64,000 nt of DNA, from contig NC_135670.1 in the NCBI RefSeq assembly GCF_964188315.1, forward strand, positions 1,240,001-1,304,000, in the 5' to 3' direction. The stretch is from Podarcis muralis (taxonomy: Eukaryota). Both the position numbers and the translations under genes were made by a program. Shown in pieces: positions 1 through 10,762 of this stretch (its first letter is position 1; every line of letters starts with the position of its first letter). The notes below the pieces were generated by a model. The model had not been told where the DNA came from. It searched no databases and saw only the letters and a list, made by a program, of their open reading frames with translations.

Positions 1-15
1 TGAGGAGTCATTTAC

Positions 16-897
16 CTGCCAGGGCTCCACTTGCCAAGAATGCAGCTTGCCTCTACTTTCAATGTTTCTGTGGTTGGAGCTAGCTGAGTATTTGACACGT
101 AAGGCATGGACTACAGCATAAACAGCATTATAGATACTATAGCTATGGCCTGTCATCTTCAACTGAAAAAATTGTGCAGGAAGGTTCTCCAGCTTCTCCT
201 CACCAGTACACGCTCCATCAATATCTATAGAGCCATCAGAATTTGGAACAAAGCAGTCAAATGCTTGCTCCCAGAAATCTTTGATAAAGCCATCCCCTTT
301 CGGTTGGGTAGGACTCATACTCTGAACAAATGTTTGGAAACCTGGAATGTCTTTTGAAGGAATTGTGAAGGAGATGGCTCCGTGGAACACCTGGATATCC
401 CAGTTTCTTTGGAATAGAAATAGTGCTAAATCAATCTGGGCTGTCGTAATCCATACTTTCCCCAAAGGTGCCTTTGCATTGTAGTAAAGATTACCAGCAA
501 GAGACTCTTTGATCCCAAAGATAATGGCAGCCAACCACCTGAGGTTTGACGTTTTCCCATATATAACGATTGCATTGGCTTTGCTGTCCCTAAAAATAGG
601 AATACTTTCCAATATGTATTTGTTCATATCGCCCATTTCCAATATACGGATATTAGCTGGAACTTTGTTGGTGAAGGCTGAGCAGATGCCATTCTCGGAA
701 AGCATGGCTTCTATAGTCTGCAGGAAATGCTGTCCCCCATCATCATCAAAACTCATCAAACCAATCCATTTCCATTTGAAATGCAGAAGCAACTGGACAA
801 TTCCTTGGTACTGTAGAGATTCATTGGGAACCATGCGGTAAAAGGAGGGGAACCCAATGTGATCATTCACTGCTGGATGAAATGAGCCATAAGAAAA
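16..897 (-). CDS. V2R gene A exon 3 (294 codons)
   Basis: Acceptor ...tattttag|TTTTCTTATGGC (FSYGSF); translated by hand with no stop through ...EPWQ|gtaaat. Absent from the ORF track because the frame runs off the window. Confidence 0.92.
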
Positions 898-3800
898 CTA
901 AAATATAAAAAAAGTAATAGACAGGTAGTTATCTGAAGACTCTGTAAGGAATCATTGCTGTCCAACACTTATCATTTCATGGTTTTATTCTTGCAATAAA
1001 ATTCTAGATGCATATTTTTTATTATTTCCAAGGCCAGAGTCAGTAGTTGGAATTGCACCCAGAAACAAATATGGATGCAATGTTCCATTCTACGTAGTGT
1101 GCACCTCTAAACAAACATCAGACTGGTGTCCAGCCTGTGAGTTCTGTATATTTCTTCAATAGCAGTCCCAAACAGATTTTATTGCAATAATCTACTCAGG
1201 AAATTATGAAAGCATGAAGGAGAGTGGCAAGCAGCCAAGAGAGCTAGAGAGTTCTTGGGGGGGGGGGGTGGAATACCACCTGGGCATTCAGAATCAGACT
1301 TCTTGCCATGTTACCTCCAAGGTGAGGCAGGCAGGCTAATCTAATAAGACTGTCCTCCAGCTCCATGATCAGTTTAACTACCCTACCACCTTCCCCATCT
1401 TCCATGATTTCATGTATTTATTGACCTCAATCCATCCTCTTACTCACAACACACATTTTCTGAGGGCATCTGTAGGAGAGTTTTGTTATTAGTGATTGTT
1501 GTTTACGGATTGTGCTTCTGATAGATTCTGGTTTACTTGTTGGCATCCATCTTCCTTGAGAGACAAGGAGTTGAAGCCAAACCACTGTGTTAGCAACACC
1601 AAAGTGACCTCCCCAGGGTGCAAGCCTGGGCAGTGTATATGGAGGGCCTGGGCTGCCTAGATGACAAGTCCCCCCTCTTGGCCATGCTGTTGTGGTCCAA
1701 AGGAAAGCAGAGCAAGATGTTTTTGTTTGTTTATTTGTTTGTTTTGAATATGGGCTACCTTCCCAGGTTGACAATCCCCATCTGCCCCTTTATTTACTAG
1801 TTTTATTATAAACCATTGCACGGCCTGTGCAAAAAATGGAATATAAATCTAAAAATAAAATATTCATCATTTTGAAAATACTTCCCCATGAACTCCTCAC
1901 CTGTGGAATCTTGTAACGTCCCAAGACATCTGCCATCTGTGAGGAGGTATCAGACCGAAGTCCACCAATGACTCCCATTAGGTGTGTTCTGCTGCCACAT
2001 TTGTAATTTGGGAGAAAATGGGGTGATTTGAAGAGCAGTTCCAGAGTGGTACGGTAGGTCATCCTTGCATTGTAGTAGCTATCATCAATGTGCAACCCAA
2101 TAGTGGTGTTGTGCAAGGGAAACTCATTGATCTCTTTTATGGCGAATGCCAAGGCCAGGATGTGCTGATAAAACTTTGGGACCATCCTGCAAAATAGAGA
2201 AACACATGCTCATCATGAAAGGGAGAAATCAACATGTTATCCATGTAGTGTTCAACTCTAACTCGCCGGTGCTGAGCTGCAGATACATGAAGGTGAGATC
2301 CATCAAATATAGTTTCCCAAATGATACATTCTCTTGCCATCGATACAAAGTGTTTACCTGTTCATGAGAGCTGGCAAATTGCTTTGGTCCAGGAGCCAGA
2401 TTGCCCAAATGGAACCATTTTTGTTGGGGGGGTGGGTTGTGTGACACATACCACAAATGGTTGAGGCAACGCCCTCCTACAATTCAACATTCTCAACCCA
2501 GAGAGTATTTTCATTTTCATCATAGATTTTTGTTACTGAAAAGTTTGAAGAAGCAAAGAAACCAACACTCTTCACCAGAGCTGGTCCAGCAGAAAAATTG
2601 GGGGGGGGGGCAATGATATACAAGTCCATTCTTACAACTGTAGAAAACCTCAAACTTCCTGATGAAATTTCATTCTGAAAAGTTCTGTGCCAGTAGTTGC
2701 AAAATGCATGGGCAACTTTTTAAAAAATATGTACAAGAAACACGAGTCTGCTGAAACATTTCCCCTCTGTTTTTACTTTATTTCAACAGATCTTCCTGAA
2801 GAAGCCACAATTTTAAAAACAAATGAAACAAATCTGGAAGCAAATAAATGAATAGGTATCATAGCCATCCCATACATGATTTAGCTTATATGACACAACC
2901 GGAGTAGAGTGAAATTGTCTTTTAGAAATTTAATGACTCAAAGGTCCTGTTATTAATGCCCTTTATTGTTGTGTACTTCATTAATTTGAAAGAAACTTAA
3001 TTTGGAGACAGTAGCAAAATACATGAAATCTATAAGCACACAGTTTCGCAATCTCCAACATCTACTCCCTTCCCCCTGAAAATATCCTGTGAAGTTTGGA
3101 AGACAGTGAGAAGGTGGTGTCTGTTCATTGACAGTTCTTGCTTCAAATCTGATAAAGGGCACCTTTATTCATTCTATTGCGTTCTTAGAACATTTTTGGT
3201 TCGTTGGTTGGTGGTTTTGGAAATCCTAATCCAAAAGGTACATTTCTTTAAAACTTTTTTAGCTTATTGTTTACTTTACTTAGCTTTGAATGTTTTTAAA
3301 TATCTGTTTTAAGTGATTTTAAATAAAATTTTAATGTTTGTTTTCTATATTTTATTAAAATCAAACAGTATATAAATTTTGAATGAAAAAAATGTCAGGT
3401 ACCAACAACAAATGCATTTATTAATACCTTTCTATTTTATCTGAATCAAAATTTTAAGACACACCTATTTACCCTGACCTTTGACAACTGAAATAGAGAT
3501 TCTTGTGACTGTAAATTATTTTAATCTCTGTTTAATATATTTTTTTAAAAATAATAATTCTTGCAACCTGCCTTGGATCTTTAGAGTAAAGGATGAGTCA
3601 GAAATCACCGTCACAAGCAATTCCATATTTACTACGTAATTAATCATTCATAGACATAAAAACGTAAATAAAAGCCAAAATAAAAGCCAACCTCTCTTCA
3701 AGGGTGCATGGGAAAAATAATTTCTTACAGATGGGCATTAATCTCTTCCTCTGAAGGGTGCATCTGGAAAGAAAGTTCAGATAAAAGGAAGATGAGATGA

Positions 3801-3943
3801 GACATTATTCCGCCAATGATTATTTTGCTTGGCTGATACCATTCCTGTGAAATGTGCCCAGGATTATTTCCTTTGCATTGATAATCTAATACTTTGCAGG
3901 TCATACGAGGTAGCAATAGCAACAGTAACATCACAATGCTCAT
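16..3943 (-). CDS. V2R gene A, 5' part (exons 1-3; continues beyond window start)
   Basis: Exons 3943-3729, 2186-1901 and 897-16 join in frame across GT-AG introns and give signal peptide + Venus flytrap motifs ([62 protein letters not shown]). Confidence 0.93.
1901..2186 (-). CDS. V2R gene A exon 2
   Basis: ttttgcag|G ATG GTC CCA ... ATT CCA CAG|gtgagg; ORF 1790-2185. Confidence 0.93.
3729..3943 (-). CDS. V2R gene A exon 1 (signal peptide)
   Basis: MSIVMLLLLLLPRMTCK...WYQPSKIIIGGIMS; donor CT|gtaaga. Confidence 0.9.
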
Positions 3944-4569
3944 CTTCCTGATGGAGTGAGAGCCAGATGTAATTTCCTCCACACACTCTACAGCATGGTT
4001 AACCTTGCAAGCCTAGTTTGAACAAGATGACTTAGATGGCTGCCTGCTCTGAAAAGATATATCATTTGACCTATGTCCAGCTTATATTTAATATTTAGCA
4101 GGTGAACAAAGCAGTTGGGAACCTGACCTACACAACTCAAAGGTGGAACTATCTGCATTCAATTTCTGCCTGTCTCAAGTCCCTAACTGTATCTGGCAAT
4201 GGCACAGTGTGGTTATAAAATCATATCAATATGAGTTGTTTTTTCGAGGGGGGTTGCCTGTTGTCTTCTGGAAAGCCACAGAGCTTTGGCCAGCTGAATC
4301 AAACATAGTAATTTGGATAATTACAGAGGAAATAATCAGTATAGCAAAATATTTGTGCGGTGGATGGCATCATCCATAGCAGGCCGGCTGATGCAAAAAT
4401 ACTTGTGGAAATGTCACTCAGCCCTAGTGGGACAGCAACTGAGCAGTGAGTTGAGGATGGCCTATAGCAACCTCGATGATGGAATTAGTCTGCCACAATT
4501 CATTGTTTGTACTAGAATTGGCAATGGTACAATTTGCCTCCTCTTCTCCACTGACTTTATAGTGAATTA

Positions 4570-5286
4570 CAGTGGTACCTCAGGTTACATACGCTTCAGT
4601 TTACATACGCTTCAGGTTACAGACTCCGCTAACCCAGAAATAGTGCTTCAGGTTAAGAACTTTGCTTCAGGATGAGAACAGAAATTGTGCTCTGGCGGTA
4701 GCGGGAGGCCCCATTAGCTAAAGTGGTGCTTCAGGTTAAGAACAGTTTCAGGTTAAGAATAGACCTCCGGAATGAATTAAGTACTTAGAATCATAGAATC
4801 GTAGAGTTGGAAGAGACCACAAGGGCCATCGAGTCCAACCCCCTGCCAAGCAGGAAACACCATCAGAGCACTCCTGACATATGGTTGTCAAGCCTCTGCT
4901 TAAAGACCTCCAAAGAAGGAGACTCCACCACACTCCTTGGCAGCAAATTCCACTGTCGAACAGCTCTTACTGTCAGGAAGTTCTTCCTAATGTTTAGGTG
5001 GAATCTTCTTTCTTGTAGTTTGGATCCATTGCTCCGTGTCCGCTTCTCTGGAGCAGCAGAAAACAACCTTTCTCCCTCCTCTATGTGACATCCTTTTATA
5101 TATTTGAACATGGCTATCATATCACCCCTTAACCTCCTCTTCTCCAGGCTAAACATGCCCAGCTCCCTTAGCCGTTCCTCGTAAGGCATCGTTTCCAGGC
5201 CTTTGACCATTTTGGTTGCCCTCCTCTGGACACGTTCTAGTTTGTCAGTGTCCTTCTTGAACTGTACTTAACCAGAGGTACCACTG
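4570..5286. mobile_element. Tc1/mariner-pogo (Tigger-like) MITE interrupted by a CR1 fragment
   Basis: TIRs cagtggtacctc / gaggtaccactg flanked by TA; uninterrupted relative at 52282-52507. Confidence 0.85.
4788..5263 (-). mobile_element. CR1 LINE 3' fragment (copy 1)
   Basis: ORF 4863-5210 ([30 protein letters not shown]...) is the CR1 ORF2 C-terminus; (ATTCTATG)n-type tail; gtactta duplicated at both ends. Confidence 0.93.
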
Positions 5287-5949
5287 TACAGTTATCTCTG
5301 TGATGTGTAACCTAAATGATTCCTCACTCTATGCTTGCTCCTAAGTTCCCACTGCGCAGTTCAAAACAAATCATTGTTTCAGATTAACATATAAGCAACG
5401 GAGGCTTCTAGGATTTTATTAGGAAGACTTTGCAGGTCAGTTTTATAATAAAAGTAAAGAAGCTGAGGGCCAAAACCTGAGGGCGATATCGCTGATTCGG
5501 TTCATATTTGCAACTACTCAGAGGACACTGGTGGCTTTATATGAAAGACAGGGTAAATATTTCTATTTCTTTTCTTTTCTGGGGTGACCTCCTTCACTGA
5601 GTCCTTTCATGTTTTGAGATTAGCAACCCGATTTGTACCAATGCAAAATCACGAATGAAGTGTGCAATATTGGCCCATCAAGGAACAATGAACTGGGAGT
5701 CAATTCAACCACTGGTCCTGTTAGCTAGGGATCATGGGAGTTGTTGGCGAAAAACATCTGGAGGCCTGAGTTTGAGGAAGCCTGATTTAAGTTTATGAAA
5801 TAAACAAACAAACAAATAATAAATCTTAATTTCACAGGTACAGTAGTTATGGCTGGATATCATCATGGCAGATCCAAATACTTACTAGATGGACAAGTAA
5901 CTAAACAAGTGAGAAAAGTCAAACTATATTTTTATATTAGTTTATAAAC

Positions 5950-6085
5950 CAGGCTTCCTCAACCTCAGCCCTCCAGATATTTTGAGACTACAATTCCCAT
6001 CATCCCTGACCACTGGTCCTGCTAGCTAGGGATCATGGGAGTTGTAGGCCAAAAACATCTGGAGGGCTGAGGTTGAGGAAGCCTG
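5950..6085. mobile_element. hAT-type palindromic MITE (136 bp)
   Basis: TIR caggcttcctcaacctc / gaggttgaggaagcctg; 8-bp TSD ttataaac/ttgtaaac. A half copy lies at about 5709-5785. Confidence 0.8.
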
Positions 6086-6278
6086 TTGTAAACTCTCTGT
6101 CCCTCTCCATAAACCAGTCCTTTCTCTCTCTCAGGAGCCAATCGGAGCACACTGGGCTTCTCTCTCTCTCTCTCTCTCTCTTGATTGACCAAAGTCAATC
6201 CCATGATTGACCGGTCGATTGTGATTGACACGTTGGACATACCTGATTTAGGAGACTAGGCTAGTTCCACCAGTGACC

Positions 6279-6377
6279 CAGGGGTCAGCAAACTTTTTCA
6301 ACAGGGGACTGGTCCACTGTTCCTCAGACCTTGTGGTGGGCCGGACTATATTTTTTTTGGGGGGGGGGGGAATGAAC
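6279..6377. mobile_element. truncated hAT (Charlie-like) MITE end
   Basis: caggggtcagcaaac terminus shared with elements at 14780-15033 and 56402-57331. Confidence 0.65.
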
Positions 6378-6399
6378 TGCTCCTAGTCTTGTTAAGCTT

Positions 6400-9300
6400 T
6401 TTTTAAAAAAAATATTTTTTATTAACAGACCAATCAAATCACATAAATTCCAAATTACAAAGCCGAATTTTAAATTTTTTGTTGGGGGTACCCATATTTC
6501 AAGTTCCAAAAGGGATCCAATCCTCTTGTTGCTGCTGCTTTAATGTCCACAAATCTGTCCAAATAATGTTCACAATTCTATCCAATCCTTTTTTGCTGTT
6601 TTCCACATCTCATCTTGTTATTTTCATATATTTTTCCTTTCTCTTTGTCTTTGTGACCTCTGACAGTCTCCACAAGTGGGTTGAAACAAATTTGTAATCC
6701 TGTGTGGGTTTTTCCGTTCGTCCAAGGGTCGTATTCAGACGGCTACCGTATTTCATCGCTTCCATAAAGAAAAACACTCTTGCCGTCTACTAGTTAAATT
6801 TTCCCAGGTCTGTCACTCCCTTTCTCAGTCCTCTGAGGAGGTTCTGCCAGGATGGCGACTCCCTTTTTATTGCTGGGTCATCAAAAACCCTTGTTCTTTT
6901 CTCAATCTCCATAAACCAAGCTTTTGGTAATAAATCAATTCCACACAGTTTTTAATCATCCTGCTTAGGTCAGTTATGCGACGGTTCTTTCTTGGGGAGG
7001 GGTTATTGGTTAATCACATAGAAGAAAAGAAAAAAAAGCCCCCCCCATCCAGTCCCGCTCCGACATACTGAACCTTTGATGTATCTTCTTTGATGGATCT
7101 TCTTCATGATTGTTGTTGTTTAGTCGTTTAGTCGTGTCCGACTCTTCGTGACCCCATGGACCAGAGCACGCCAGGCACTCCTGTCTTCCACTGCCTCCCG
7201 CAGTTTGGTCAGGCTCATGTTTGTAGCTTCGAGAACACTATCCAACCATCTCATCCTCTGTCGTCCCCTTCTCCTAGTGCCCTCCATCTTTCCCAACATC
7301 AGGGTCTTTTCCAGGGAGTCTTCTCTTCTCATGAGGTGGCCAAAGTATTGGAGCCTCAACTTCACGATCTGTCCTTCCAGTGAGCACTCAGGTCTGATTT
7401 CCTTAAGAATGGATGTGTTTGATCTTCTTGCAGTCCATGGGACTCTCAAGAGTCTCCTCCAGCACCAGAATTCAAAAGCATCAATTCTTCGGCGATCAGC
7501 CTTCTTTATGGTCCAGCTCTCACTTCCATACATCACTACTGGGAAAACCATGGCTTTAACTATACGGACCTTTGTTGGTAAGGTGATGTCTCTACTTTTT
7601 AAGATGTTGTCTAGATTTGCCATCGCCTTTCTCCCAAGGAGCAGGCGTCTTTTAATTTCGTGACTGCTGTCACCATCTGCAGTGATCATGGAGCCCAAGA
7701 AAATAAAATCTCTCACTGCCTCCATTTCTTCCCCTTCTATTTGCCAGGAGGTGATGGGACCAGTGGCCATGATCTTCGTTTTTTTGATGTTGAGCTTCAG
7801 ACCATATTTTGCGCTCTCCTCTTTCACCCTCATTAAAAGGTTCTTTAATTCCTCCTCACTTTCTGCCATCAAGGTTGTGTCATCTGCATATCTGAGGTTG
7901 TTGATATTTCTTCCGGCGATCTTAATTCCGGCTTGGGATTCATCCAGCCCAGCCTTTCGCATGATGAATTCTGCATATAAGTTAAATAAGCAGGGGGACA
8001 ATATACAGCCTTGTCGTACTCCTTTCCCAATTTTGAACCAATCAGTTGTTCCATATCCAGTTCTAACTGTAGCTTCTTGTCCCACATAGAGATTTCTCAG
8101 GAGACAGATGAGGTGATCAGGCACTCCCATTTCTTTAGGAACTTGCCATAGTTTGCTGTGGTCGACACAGTCAAAGGCTTTTGCATAGTCAATGAAGCAG
8201 AAGTAGATGTCTTTCTGGAACTCTCTAGCTTTCTCCATAATCCAGCGCATGTTTGCAATTTGGTCTCTGGTTCCTCTGCCTCTTCTAAATCCAGCTTGCA
8301 CTTCTGGGAGTTCTCGGTCCACATACTGCTTGAGCCTTCCTTGTAGAATTTTAAGCATAACCTTGCTAGCGTGTGAAATGAGTGCAATTGTGCCGGTAGT
8401 TGGAGCATTCTTTAGCACTGCCTTTCTTTGGGATTGGGATGTAGACTGATCTTCTCCAATCCTCTGGCCACTGCTGAGTTTTCCAAATTTGCTGGCATAT
8501 TGAATGTAGCACCTTAACAGCATCATCTTTTAAAATTTTAAATAATTCAGCTGGAATATCATCACTTCCACTGGCCTTGTTATTAGCGATGCTTTCTAAG
8601 GCCCATTTGACTTCACTTTCCAGGATGTCTGGCTCAAGGTCAGCAACCACACTACCTGGGGTATACGAGACATCAATTTCTTTCTGGTATAGTTCCTCTG
8701 TGTATTCTTGCCACCTCTTCTTGATGTCTTCTGCTTCTGTTAGGTCCTTTCCACTTTTGTCTTTTATTATGGAAATCTTTGTACAAAATGTTCCTTTCAT
8801 ATCTCCAATTTTCTTGAACAGATCTCTGGTTTTTCCCATTCTATTGTTTTCCTCTATTTCTTTGCATTGCTCGTTTAAGAAGGCCTTCTTGTCTCTCCTT
8901 GCTATTTTTTGGAAATCTGCATTCAATTTCCTGTATCTTTCACTATCTCCCTCGCATTTTGCTTGCCTTCTCTCCCCCGCTATTTGTAACGCCTCGTTGG
9001 ACAGCCACTTTGCTTTCTTGCATTTCCTTTTCATTGGGATGGTTTTAGTTGCTGCCTCTTGTATAATGTTACGAGCCTCCATCCATAGTTCTTCAGGCAC
9101 TCTGTCCACCAAATCTAAATCCTTAAACCTGTTCCTCACTTCCACTGTGTATTCATAAGGGATTTGACTTAGATTGTATCTTACCGGCCCAGTGGTTTTT
9201 CCTACTTTCTTCAGTTTAAGCTTGAATTTTGCTATAAGAAGTTGATGATCTGAGCCACAGTCAGCTCCAGGTCTTGTTTTTGCTGACTGTATAGAGCTTC

Positions 9301-10721
9301 TCCATCTTTGGCTGCAGAGAATATAATCAATCTGATTTTGATGCTGCCCATCTGGTGATGTCCATGTGTAGAGTCGTCTCTTGTGTTGTTGGAAAAGAGT
9401 GTTTGTGATGACCAGCTTGTTCTCTTGACAGAACTCTATTAGCCTTTGCCCTGCTTCGTTTTGAACTCCAAGGCCAAACTTGCCAGTTGTTCCTTTTATC
9501 TCTTGACTCCCTACTTTAGCATTCCAATCCCCTATTATGAGCAGAACATCCTTCTTTGGTGTCACTTCTATAAGGTCTTGTAAGTCTTCATAGAATTGGT
9601 CGATTTCAGTTTCTTCAGCACCAGTAGTTGGTGCATAAACTTGGATTACTGTGATGTTAAAAGGTCTGCCTTGGATTCGTATCGAGATCATTCTATCATT
9701 TTTGAGATTGCATCCCAGTACAGCTTTCACCACTCTTTTGTTGACTATGAGGGCCACTCCATTTCTTTTACGGGTTTCTTGCCCACAGTAGTAGATATGA
9801 TAGTCATCCGAACTGAATTCGCCCATTCCCGTCCATTTTAGTTCACTGATGCCCAGGATGTCAATATTTATTCTTGCCATCTCATTTTTGACCACCTCCA
9901 ACTTACCCAGGTTCATGGTTCTTACATTCCAGGTTCCTATGCAATATTTTTCTTTACAGCATTGGACTTTCCTTTCACTTCCATGCATATCCGCAACTGA
10001 GCGTCCTTTCGGCTTTGGCCCAGCCACTTCATCAGCTCTGGATCTACTTGTACTTGTCCTCCGCTCTTCCCCAGTAGCATGTTGGACACCTTCCGACCTG
10101 AGGGGCTCATCTTCCAGCGTCATAACTTTTATATGCCTGTTGTCTTTGTCCATGGAGTTTTCTTGGCAGGGATACTGGAGTGGCTTGCCAGTTCCTGCTC
10201 CAGGTGGATCACGTTTGGTCAAAACTCTCCACTATGACCTGTCCATCTTGGGTGGTCCTGCACGGCATAGCTCATAGCTTCTCTGAGTTATTCAAGCCCC
10301 TTCGCCACGGCAAGGCAGTGATCCATGAAGGAGCTTCTTCATGATATAATCCGCTAAATCCAACCCGTCGCTCTACTTTCCCAGAGGTCACTTCAATTAG
10401 CAGTCTTCCCTCCCGTTCTTCACTTGAAATGCGTGCATTTGCTTCTTTTCTAATTGTTTATTTCAAGCTGCTGCAGCCAGTGCACGATCAGAGACAGTGT
10501 CCGGGAGAGCCGGACCCACCCAAGGGCTTTGTGCCTAGTGCCCTCACCCCCTTCTTTCGAATCCGGGGGTGATTTGTGGCCACAGCAGGCAAGGCAGTGT
10601 TCCCCATGTCCTTGGGGCAACAAAGAGGCTGCATACTCCCATATCAGCCTCTTAATTACCTCGTGTGAGCCGGAGAGATGGTATTGTTGGCCATCTTCCA
10701 ATGTGCCCCTGGTGGCCCCCC
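6400..10721 (-). mobile_element. non-autonomous L1-like poly(A) retroelement (about 1.1 kb once BovB is removed)
   Basis: 16-bp TSD tagtcttgttaagctt at 6384-6399 and 10759-10774; AATAAA + A-rich tail at 6400-6423 on minus; 5' end GGGGGG...GGAAGATGGCC (YY1-like motif typical of L1 5' ends); no clear ORF. Confidence 0.6.
7111..10333 (-). mobile_element. full-length BovB (RTE-clade) LINE, ORF broken by one +1 frameshift near 8393
   Basis: AP-endonuclease ORF 8366-10222 (IGTWNVRTMN, GDWNAKVG, CGSDH) + RT ORF 7120-8526 (GVRQGCILSP, RYADD); (AAC)n tail; 12-bp TSD cttcttcatgat at 7099-7110 and 10334-10345. Confidence 0.96.
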
Positions 10722-10726
10722 TAGTC

Positions 10727-10762
10727 TCGGTTCTCGGCCTTTTGGCTAAGATCAAGTGTAGT
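10727..10762 (+). pseudogene. U2 snRNA 5' fragment retrocopy (U2 nt 2-37)
   Basis: TCGGTTCTCGGCCTTTTGGCTAAGATCAAGTGTAGT matches vertebrate U2 nt 2-37 at 35/36 (U2 sequence recalled: ATCGCTTCTCGGCCTTTTGGCTAAGATCAAGTGTAGTA). Confidence 0.85.

Noticed and set aside
7148-10277. Plus-strand ORFs of 100-190 aa (7148, 7682, 8577, 9849)
   Set aside because: Antisense shadows of the BovB coding strand.
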